A stretch of DNA of 64,000 bases from Camelus dromedarius (lineage: Eukaryota): positions 14,074,001-14,138,000 of the forward strand of contig NC_087458.1 in NCBI RefSeq assembly GCF_036321535.1, read 5' to 3'. Of this stretch, positions 26,200 through 36,884 are shown piece after piece. A program made the translations under genes and the position numbers. The number at the start of each line of letters is the position of its first letter. Within the stretch, counting starts at the first letter, position 1. The notes beneath the pieces are model-generated. The model was not told where the DNA came from, ran no database searches, and saw only the letters and a program-made list of their open reading frames with translations.

Positions 26200-27280
26200 G
26201 CATTGATCTGCACGCTTTATAAATATCAATCCAAAATGACCCTATGAGGTTGGTACTCTTTTTTCAGTCCAGTTTTATGGAGATACAGTTGACAGATAGC
26301 ACTGTATAAGCTTAAGGTGTACAGCATGATGATTTGACTTATACATTGAAACGATTACCACAGTAAGTTTAGTAAACATCCAACATCTCGTATAGATACA
26401 AAGTTTCTAAAATAGGAAAAAAACTATTTTTCCTTGTGATGAGAACTCTTAGGATTTACTCTCTTAGTAACTTTCTTTTTTTAATTAATTTTTTTGTTGA
26501 AGTATAGTCAGTTTACAATGTTGCATCATTTCTGGGATACAGCATGTTTCAGTCATACAAACACATATGTATATTTGTTTTCATATTCTTTTTCATTATA
26601 GGTTACTATAAGATATTGAATATAGTTCCCTTTGCTATACAGAAGAAACTTGTTGTATATCTATTTTATATATAGTAGTTAGTATCTACAAATCTCAAAC
26701 TCCCAATTTGTCCCTTCCCACACTCTTTCCCCCGCTTATAACCATAAGTTTGTTTTCTATGTCTGCGAATCTCTTTCTGTTTTGTAAATAAGTTCATTTG
26801 TGTCCTTTCGTTTTCTTTAGATTCCACCTATGAGNNNNNNNNNNNNNNNNNNNNNNNNNNNNNNNNNNNNNNNNNNNNNNNNNNNNNNNNNNNNNNNNNN
26901 NNNNNNNNNNNNNNNNNNNNNNNNNNNNNNNNNNNNNNNNNNNNNNNNNNNNNNNNNNNNNNNNNNNNNNNNNNACACCTGCTTTATCCAGTCATCTGTC
27001 GATGGACATTTAGGTTATTTTAATAACTTTCATATATAACATATGGCAAAGTTAATTATATTTATCTTATTGTACATTACATCCCTAGTACTTCTTTATC
27101 CTGTGACTGGAAGTTTGTGAGGTTGGTACTATTATTATCCCCATTTTACAGAGAGGTTTACGGGCACAGAGGAAGCATGACCTTCACCCAAGGTAACACA
27201 GCTTATGAGCAGCAGAGCCAGAATTTGGTCCCAGACACCCTGGCTTCAGAGTTTATGCTCTTGACCACTAGACTGTGTTA
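26200..27280 (-). mobile_element. Nested array: MIR interrupted by an older L1 3' end (26258-27115), itself interrupted by a younger L1 3' end (26476-27019)
   Basis: TSD TATGAGGTTGGTACT (26243-26257) / TGTGAGGTTGGTACT (27116-27130), and TSD TTAGTAACTTTC (26464-26475) / TTAATAACTTTC (27020-27031). Confidence 0.85.
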
Positions 27281-30200
27281 TCGCACACAGCTCCTAAGAA
27301 TATGTATTTTTTACTCATGTTACAAAACTAGCAATAATAATACCCAAGCCCGAAGAGTTCTCCATATTTTACCAAAAGGTTTTTCAAGTTCATCATCTTA
27401 TTTAATTCTCACAATAACTCTGTGACATTGTTATTATTACGTTCCTCTGTATAAATGAGGAAATTGTGTCTTGGATATCTCCTGATAGTAGGACATGTGC
27501 TGCAAATTATTTTTCCAGTGATGGAGAGAGATGTGATGTGCCCAAACCATTCATGTCCACCTGTCCAACTCCCTTGCATCTATGGACATGGACTTTTTAA
27601 AGAGAAGATCTCTACCAATTACAGAACACAAAGAGTAAAACCCAGAAGAAAAGGAGTGGATGTGTAGTCATGGCCAGCCTCACATACAGATAAACAGGGG
27701 AGTACTCTATGAAGTGAGATATGCATTCTGCCCAAAATTATCTGCTTTACTGCCCTAAATTATCAAAATTGTCCCCCATTCTAGGACCTAAAATTCTACC
27801 ATAAGACAGTCATTCCTTTGACTAAACACCCTTCTGATTAAAAAGACTCTTTGGAAGAATACTGCATTATCATGTACATCCCAATGTGAATTATTTCACA
27901 CTTTGACAGCTAGTGAAGAGCAGGCTCTAGCCTGCACATGGCATCATTGGAAAATTTAAAAGTCATAAGATGGGTTCAGAGCATAAGACAAACAAGAAGG
28001 CAAGGCTGAGCTGAGATCCAAAGTGGGGTTGGAAAACCAGTCTTGTGGTTAAATTCAGGGCTTCCAGGTGCTTAGAGCCCCAGGGGAAAGATAGGTGCAG
28101 AGAGCAAGCAACACTCCAGCCAAAGACATGCAGGGAAGGGTCTCCTGAGATGTTCTTCCCCTTTGGATTTCTGAAGTCTCCTTCATGGTACCACCAGTGA
28201 GGCATGGTTTTTGTCCCTGAAGAGCTGAGCCCTCATGCCCACATGCTTACTGGAGGGGACAGGCACAACAGGAGCCCCTGCAACAATGCAAGGAGGGCAG
28301 GAGGAGAAGGGGTGACGGGAGCCAGCAGCAGGGGAGGACACTCTCGATATTTATGTTAAAAAGGATTTGTTCCACTGTCAAAACCAGAAAGTGCCCCCCA
28401 AGAGCCAGCTTTAAGGAAGGAAGCCTGAAATGACAGAGAAGGTGGTGGGATGTATGAAGGAGGCCCTTTGGAAAGGAGGCTGAAAGCAAGGGGAGGGCAT
28501 CAGGCAGAAGGCAGGTGTGGCTGTAAAAACCCACCCCTGGACCGGGACTGGCCAGCAATGATCAGGGGATGAACAGAAACTGGACAGTATTGTTTCTGTT
28601 GGGTCCCCATCAAATCTCACCCATCCTCAGTTCTCCCCAGGGATGGGGAGAGGGCCCAGTGACTACCAAGCTCCTGAAAACTGTATAAGTCACACCCTCT
28701 CCACTCACCTGCCATTCCTTTTTCTGGGCCCCATCCTGACCCCAGCAACATCAACCTCTTTTCCACCCTGGAGCTGAGGGGCCCCAGGCCAAGCTGGCAT
28801 CAGCTCCCACTCAGGTTCAGGCTGTTGGGTACTCAAACAAAGACATACTTGGACCCTCCTGCAGAGAGAGAGGGGACCGTTTCTGGGCCCAGAGGGAGCT
28901 GGCCTTAATCTGCNNNNNNNNNNNNNNNNNNNNNNNNNNNNNNNNNNNNNNNNNNNNNNNNNNNNNNNNNNNNNNNNNNNNNNNNNNNNNNNNNNNNNNN
29001 NNNNNNNNNNNNNNNNNNNNNNNNNNNNNNNNNNNNNNNNNNNNNNNNNNNNNNNNNNNNNNNNNNNNNNNNNNNNNNNAAGTTCCTGAGGCTTGATAGG
29101 GAGGAGGTGAGAGAACTGTGAGTCAAGAAGTGGCTACCGTGCAACTGAAGAGGCCGGACAGAGCTAGGAGAGGAGGCTGCTCCAAAGATCCCTTCCCACT
29201 GCATCAGCTGGACCTGGTGCTCAAGAGAGAAAGGATGGTTCTCTCCAGGCTGGAGAAGCGTGATGTCCAGAGAAGCAGTGAAGTGAGCAACGTTGAGAGT
29301 GAGCAACGCACTTACGTGCTATCAGAATACTAGCCAGGCTTCTCCCCCGACGACTCCTTGTCCCGGTTTACTGGTGACCAACATCAAACTCAGACATTTC
29401 TCTGACCCACTGAAAAACACCTACCTGTTGCGGCAGGACATAACCCAGCATCCACGAAGGTGCCCAGCACACTCAGAAAGATGTTCAGGGGCCCCCAGAT
29501 GGTCACCCAAAGAGCGTTGGTTATGGGATCGTGCAAACTGAGCACGACGCCCCTCATCAGCTATTGTAGCCGCGTCCTGTTCCATAGCGGGGTGGACCAT
29601 TATTTTGTGCATCTAAAAGATAAGTCTGTTTCCTCCAATGAGAAAAATTTTTAAAAGACTAACAGTCCCTAAGGTTGGCCTTGGGGGGAGGGAAATGAGG
29701 CAACTGATGAGATGGTGTTTAAGTAATATCTTATGTTTGCAAGAGGCAAGTTAAGAGAATTCCACAGGGCACAGGGGAGTGAGGGGGAGGCAGAATGGGA
29801 TGAGGCTAGATGTGAAGTCTAGATAGAGCACGCAGTCCATTCCCAGCAATGCTGGATGCTAAAGATTTTTTTTTATATGAACGGGGTTTAATTGGCCCAT
29901 CAGACAAGGTAGTCCAATCCATAGTGTCCAGATATCTATCAGGGCTTGTCCACAATAGGGTAATGATGATAAATACAAGGCTAACAGGGTGGAGAGACAC
30001 TGGAGGCCTAGAGTGTCAGGAAAGCCAGACATATTTACTATTATCCAAAAATAGGATCTCCCAACTGGAATCTTGAAAGGCTAGGAGAGACCAAACTCGT
30101 TCATGTGACTTCAGTTAAGGACTAGGAAAAGCACAGTCCATTTTGTATTTTTAGTCGTTATGACATTATGGTGCAATAATGGGGAATCTGGCAAGCGTTT

Positions 30201-33200
30201 CATTAAATTCTAGCTAATCCGAGCATGGCAGGCAGGTGACAAGCTCTACAGATGATCTGGTTGCCTTGGTTCACCACCGAAAAGTACAGCGTGGAGGGAG
30301 GGAGGTTTTAAAAATCCTTTTTTAACTACCCAGATGGGGCTCCTTGTGATGCGACCAAGTCTACCCACAAGGTAGAAAACCAAGGTCGGGCCGCAGTTTT
30401 CTTCCTCCCATGATGTCTTCACTAATACTTCGGTGTTTCTGCTGCATTCCAACTGCATCTGCTGTCTAACACTGGAAGAAACTTAATCCCTGTCCTAAGT
30501 CTCATTTTATTTATTTTCAGTGGTGTGAAAATAAACATGCAGCAAGATTGCAGTGTTTACCCCTCCTTTTCAGCTGATACAGCTCTAATCCTCCTGCTAA
30601 TTAATGCCAGGGCCATCGCCATCTTATTAATTTCATCTTGGTTAAAAATATAGAGACAGATAATTGTGCTTGACTAAAATAACAATTTGACATTTGGAAG
30701 GTGTTCACTTCATTTTAGCAGGACAGTTGGCGGGGTTTCATCTCATATATGACAAAGAGACACAAAGTCACACGCTGACATCAGTCAGTGATAACACAAC
30801 TGATTCTAATTGTGATAAATTGACTAAAACGTCCCACACCTCGCGAGTCAAGGAGACGAAGGAGAAAACATAAAACGTAAGGCGTCCCAGGTTTCTCCAT
30901 CGGTTCCAGAAAACGGGCACAAAGGAGACAAGGGCCTCTTTTTTCCAGAATCTTTTCTGCATGTTGATCCTAAAATTACCGACTTCACCAAACGGAATCT
31001 GAAAAGGCTGCTGGCAAGGCTGTTCCACACGTCCGCTACGAAACTTTCAAAAAAACATACAGGGCATTCATTCCTAGGGGGAAGCCTCAGGCATGCTGGA
31101 AACAGGGCAGGGCTCTCCCATATAGGACCCCTTCTGCTTCCGCACAGAGGGTGGGAGACGCATTCCCCCACCACCCCCCGCCCCATGCAGCCCCAACCCT
31201 CCTTATCCCACCCCACAAGTGGCTTACGACGAACTTCCATCTGAAGATGTGAGCATTCCAATTTCCATGTTAGAAAAACGTAAAAAAAAAAAAATTTTTT
31301 TTAAAGCATTAAAGTAAGGCTAAGATGCAGAAATTATTTTTAAACCTTTCTAGGGTGAATGTAATTATGCTTTCTTCCCCCATTGTTCATTTCTCAGTAT
31401 TGCACAGCTATAAGTAACCATCAAGTTAACATGATTCAATATTGGTTATTATGAAGCTTTTATAATGCAACAATGACATTTTGTATATGAATTTACTCTA
31501 AGAAGCTTCAATAAATTTCTGGTAATATAATGAATATTTTTAAATCATTGCCTATCTTCTCACTTCTGAACACTGGAACCCAAATAATTTCTTTGATCTT
31601 AAAAGATAACTAGCTGATCATTTAATGTATGAAGTTGTTCTCATTAGAGAAACAGTCCCTATCCATTATCTCCAAAACACTTCCCAGAATTAAAAAGCAA
31701 CAGTAAAGAGGGCTCTTTAAAATTAGTTAGTGTTTGGGGTGACACAAAAGTTACAAAAGAAAAATGAAACTCAAAAGCAAGACAAACTATGAACTGTCAG
31801 AAAAAGCTCTTGTCACTGAAATCTGAACAGCAAAAGCAACTCCTTAGCCGGATGGATGGCAAAATCCCAGAACTCTACAGCATGTAAAAACCAGACTGGA
31901 TAAATAACTTTTTTTCATGTGCTACATTTATGTTAAGGATCAAAAGAACCCCACAAGCGTACTCTGGAAAGCAGTGTTCATATCTAATTCCCAGAATACT
32001 ATTAATATCTATGCTTGCTCTCTAATTTTATTTCAACATTTTAAGTCTTAGATTCAGAAAGTCCTACCTAGGGACCAATACAAAGAGAGAAAAATGCCTC
32101 TGAACAAGGACTGTTTCCAATCACCCTCTAAATAAAAAAAAGAGAGAGAGATAAGTCAGCTTGCACAGACACAGACACAGCCCATGGACAGTGCTTATCC
32201 CAAGCTAAGCCCCTGTCCCCCCCCCAATTTAATGCAGACATCAATTTATTACTTAGCTGTGTTGATTTTTATATTCCTTAAATTTTATGATGCCAGGAGT
32301 GAGGCCAACAAAAGACAGAGTAGAAATCTAACAATTGCCTCTGTAATTTCATCTGTGGGCCCCTTTTATGAGGAAGGGATGCCCAATTTTGATCTCCAAG
32401 TAATGTCACAGTAATAAAACCAAACTCACTCTCCTCCCTACACACACCCCCTACACTACCTTGATGAAATGCAGAATGAGTTCATTACTGATCCTAAGAG
32501 ATCACTTCCTCAGCCATCTTCTCCTCGGGGCTGCCAATCAGCGGGTCGACAGAAAGACACAGAGGGAGCTCTACGTGGGGGATACACACTTTACTCCATT
32601 CCAGTCCCTTTCTTCTAAAACTTGGTCTGCTCCAAAAGAAAGGGGAGAAGACATGGACCGGCCCTGTGAGAGGTTTCCCAAGGCCTGCACTTTGCTGACA
32701 TGTGGGGAGTTATGATGCTATAAGAGCAGCCCTGATGACAGCCATACTATCCCACACTGGTCCTAGGACGTCCAGAGCAATCTAAGGGACGATGATAAAC
32801 TTCATGTGCTGTGTGAGGGGAGAGGACCCCGCCTGACACACAGAGCCACCAGGCACAGGAGAGAAACAATATAAAAGTGATTTAACTGTGGGATCCCTTC
32901 CAGAAGGCTTAATTATCTATTGTATGACCACATTCCCGTTATTCGGCAGTCTCCCGTCTCCAACTTCGGTCCAGCTACAGTATTTGTCTGGAAGAAATTC
33001 AGGGAAAACTCCAAACTAACCAGATCAGAGAGGACTCAGCGAAATAGGGAACGGCAGTTATGTAAGCAAGAAGTTCCCTAGGCTGGAAAATTCCTTGGTG
33101 GTCTGTTAACTTTCAGGACCGTCGAAGACCGTTGAGTCCAACGCTTAAACATCCACGTCGACAGCATCCTGATGCTTTATATGACGTGGTGCCCCTTCAT

Positions 33201-34149
33201 CAATCCTGCACATGTACCATCCCTCCCAACTAGCTATTTTTCTTCAAAGGCGTGTCATGAGACAATAAAGGTCACCTCCAGTTCTTAATTTCTGGACATT
33301 CATAAATCAGTTTTCTACACTCTAGCCCTAAATGCTTATTTGTTTTGGATGATCAGAAGATGAATTATTCCTAAGAGTGTCATAGTGCATGAGATAAATA
33401 TTTAACAAAATACCCTGAAGTCTTCAAATGAATGGCTGTATGTCTAGGATACCACTGTCAATTCAATTTTTTTTTAATTAGACAAATTTGGTGTTTGACA
33501 TCGAGAAGGTGTAACAACTAGTTGACAGAGTAGAATTTTCACTTTTTAACTGGCTGCCTGACACCAGGAATAGGCAGCTAATAATTCTAATGCAAAACTG
33601 CCCCACAGTCAGAAATGCACACACACATGGCTGGAATAAATATGAGAAACTCCCCCTGTTAATATCATGTTTATGCCCCTCACTACAGACTACACATTAA
33701 CTATATGTTCTTTTATTTTAATGTGTAAAAATGGCATTTGAACGCCTTGAAGTTTGGAGCCAAGAGCACTGCCTGAATGTTCATTTTCTCCAGAGCACTT
33801 CATAATTTACCACCACCATTGTCCCACCACTTTGACTTCCACCTGAATGTCCTCTCCAGTTGCCTTGGCTGGGCCTCAACTTTTAAAAAGAGCCAATGAA
33901 GAAAGCAAAACTATTTTTACAAATGTATCTGTTAGAGAGGAAAATGCTCTCTGTGACCGCTTCATGACTGTTTTCTAAAATTGAATTGCAACCTTCTGGA
34001 GGAGAAATAGCTGGTCATTCTGGCCAGCTTCTACTCCATACTTAGTCCTGAAATCTAAGTAGAGGAGGCTTCTGAGAAATAACTCGCTAGTTAAGATAAA
34101 ATAGACAGAAAAGGGGCTAGGCTATAAGCCTTCTGAAGGCAGGCTCTGA

Positions 34150-34230
34150 GACTTTCTCCTCATTATCCTCTCATCACCTTGCCCAGTGCCTTGTGTATGG
34201 GAGCTCAATAAAAGCTTGTTGAATAAAGGA
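34150..34230 (+). mobile_element. Short L2 3' end remnant
   Basis: CCCAGTGCCTTGTGTATGGGAGCTCAATAAAAGCTTGTTGAATAAA. Confidence 0.6.
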
Positions 34231-34250
34231 ATTTGTCTAGAGCCTAATTT

Positions 34251-34272
34251 CAAAACAAACAAACAAACAAAC
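34251..34272 (+). repeat. (AAAC)n microsatellite
   Basis: CAAAACAAACAAACAAACAAAC seen directly; a related (AAAAC)n tract lies near 35030-35065. Confidence 0.85.
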
Positions 34273-36664
34273 CTCCCCCTTCCTCTCCTTCCACAACAAC
34301 TACCATACAGACCAATGCCATTAAGATGGTCAAATATATGAAAGCCCTGTTTTGCTGGAAGAAGAATGGGACTGGGGTGTGGGGTGGAGGAGAAAAACAG
34401 AGTAAAATTAATCTAAAAACACAAGGGAGGCTCTGGGTACAGACAAGTGCTGACAGTGAGTGAACGAGACAAGCAGCTCCATTTTGGACATCCGTGTTTC
34501 CAAAATATACGTTAAAATCAAAATTAAAAACTCTCATTGTAACATCAACACCTCTCTGAACAATGCTGCTCACACTCCTCTGTAAAACCTTCTCGGTTCT
34601 GGCCAACAGCTGGCAAGCTGATCCCTGCAATTTTCCCTTTGCAGAAATAGCTTTGTGCGGGGAGAACTGACCCTCGTGGGTTAATAAGACCAAACCGCCG
34701 CCAAACTTGGGNNNNNNNNNNNNNNNNNNNNNNNNNNNNNNNNNNNNNNNNNNNNNNNNNNNNNNNNNNNNNNNNNNNNNNNNNNNNNNNNNNNNNNNNN
34801 NNNNNNNNNNNNNNNNNNNNNNNNNNNNNNNNNNNNNNNNNNNNNNNNNNNNNNNNNNNTTCCACAAACAGAATAGAAATTCACAACCCAAATCCTTTCC
34901 TAAGCTCCCATACTTTTGAATTTGCTAGTGTCGTGCCTGAAGGATGTGGACATTTCAGTAATCTATAAGCACAAAGATAAAGATTGGGTCAGCACAATCC
35001 CAAAACCTTCAGACGAAAAGCAAGAGGGGGAAACAAAACAAAACAAAACAAAACAATACAAACAAAAAAAGGGAGCAATCAACCAGAAGCTTTATCCAAA
35101 GGCGGTACTTGAAGTTGTGTGCGCACAATCTGTTTAATTACCTAAAAATTGAACTTTTCACTCATACACTAGAGCAACAGACAATCAAGAACACATACAG
35201 GCATATCTTCTTTAAAAAATAATGTTAAACCTTAATTACCACTTCAGGAAACAACCATGCATTCTCACCTCTTTATATATTTCTGTACTTCTCAACTCAT
35301 CCAAAATCAAACACATATTGTTTTTAGTGCTGGAAAATGGAAAGTTATCTTTTCAAAACAAAGCAAAATGCCCAGTACTCTATCCACATACGGGTAAGAT
35401 TCAAGTATGTTATGGCTAAGGAGCGCGAGGAGCAGAAAGAATTTTTGTGTGTGGTCACTGGATCTAATTGCTTTGTCAGTTTCTAGTAAACCTCACAGCC
35501 CAGGCAAATCAGAAAAGAAGACATTTCTGTTCCCTCTCAGGGCTTTTTTGTTACATTGAGATTTCTCCTGCACACCCCCTTGCATTGTGTGTTTTTAATA
35601 ACATGATAGGAACTGTTCTTCACGAGCATTAACCCTCCCTTGATTATCTTTATATAGTGCTGTCCCTTTTATTTAGCACTGACAAATGCGAAATTTTCCT
35701 GCGCGTGCTCCGAGGGCACTCCATCACATATACCAGTCCATTTTGACCAGGAAAAGCAGCCCACCCTCCTTAGCGCCACTAAGCAACTCCCGGCTAGCCT
35801 GGAGAGAACCAGGAAATATTTTCAAACTCCCACTATCACACCCCCACCCCCATCTCACTCAGGCTTTAGGCAATACAGAGATCTAGAATCGAAATAATCC
35901 ACTTTCTTAAATACCTGCCTCCTATTTCTCCTCCAAACACACCAGAACGTTCATGTCGACGGGAGGGAACTGAACCTGCCCTGAGGCAGAAATGCATACC
36001 CAGACGGGAACGAGGGAGGAGGTGGAGGATGGAGGACCCGGCTTCAACTTTTGGCCTAAATGCCCCTGCGCCCCAGGGTTTTGGAGAAACCGGGGAACTA
36101 GGTGGCGAGAATACCGTGAGAGAAAAAGCAAACAGAGGGTGTGCGCTGCGGAGCTCAGAGCAGCAGCAGCGCCATTTCTGAGCCCAATCTGTCCCGACCC
36201 CAGTGGACACAGCCAAGCGAGGAACGAGCACAGGGGGACCCAAGCTGTGCAGTCAGAGCCTCAGCGCTCCGCATAAGCGCACGGCTGGCGCAGATAGGTG
36301 GGTGAGGTGGAGGGGGAACTGGCGAGGAGATGTGAACCACTGGCAGCCCCAAGGACACCCAAGTGAAGAGGGGGAGAGGAGGGACAAGGCTGATGGGGTC
36401 GCAGTGTCCTCTGGGAATGGCCAGGTCGGGAAAACTGGGCGAGCAGCCGTAAGAGGGGAGACATCCCTGGCGCTCCCGCGGGACCCCGGACGTGGTGGCG
36501 GGCGCCGGCGCAGTTCTCTGCCGCCCGGAGTATACAAGATGCGGGTGAATGGGCACCTGCGTCTCTGGGCACGCGGGTGCATCTTGCGCTTTCTAGTAGC
36601 ACATGGGGATAAAAGATGGACACAGCCCCCCGCGCCCACTGATGCAGTGTGCGGGGCGCGCTTG

Positions 36665-36884
36665 NNNNNNNNNNNNNNNNNNNNNNNNNNNNNNNNNNNN
36701 NNNNNNNNNNNNNNNNNNNNNNNNNNNNNNNNNNNNNNNNNNNNNNNNNNNNNNNNNNNNNNNNNNNNNNNNNNNNNNNNNNNNNNNNNNNNNNNNNNNN
36801 NNNNNNNNNNNNNNNNNNNNNNNNNNNNNNNNNNNNNNNNNNNNNNNNNNNNNNNNNNNNNNNNNNNNNNNNNNNNNNNNNNNN
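36665..36884 (-). CDS. LMX1A: Inferred LMX1A LIM domain 1 exon, hidden in a 220-N run (sequence not visible)
   Basis: The next LMX1A peptide (G-RAVSPKSVCEGC...YCKYDYEK, about 187 nt by recollection) appears in none of the translated ORFs. The N run is the right size, sits in GC-rich sequence about 2.2 kb downstream of exon 2, and is preceded on the minus strand by a branch-point-like CTCAC (A at 36895). Inference only. Confidence 0.7.

Larger units (their letters stand above)
1..36664 (-). other. LMX1A: LMX1A large intron following the LIM1 exon (continues beyond the window start)
   Basis: No LIM2 or homeodomain peptide (LFAVKCGGC..., RPKRPRT...) appears in any ORF. This intron is known to be very long in mammals. 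Confidence 0.8.
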
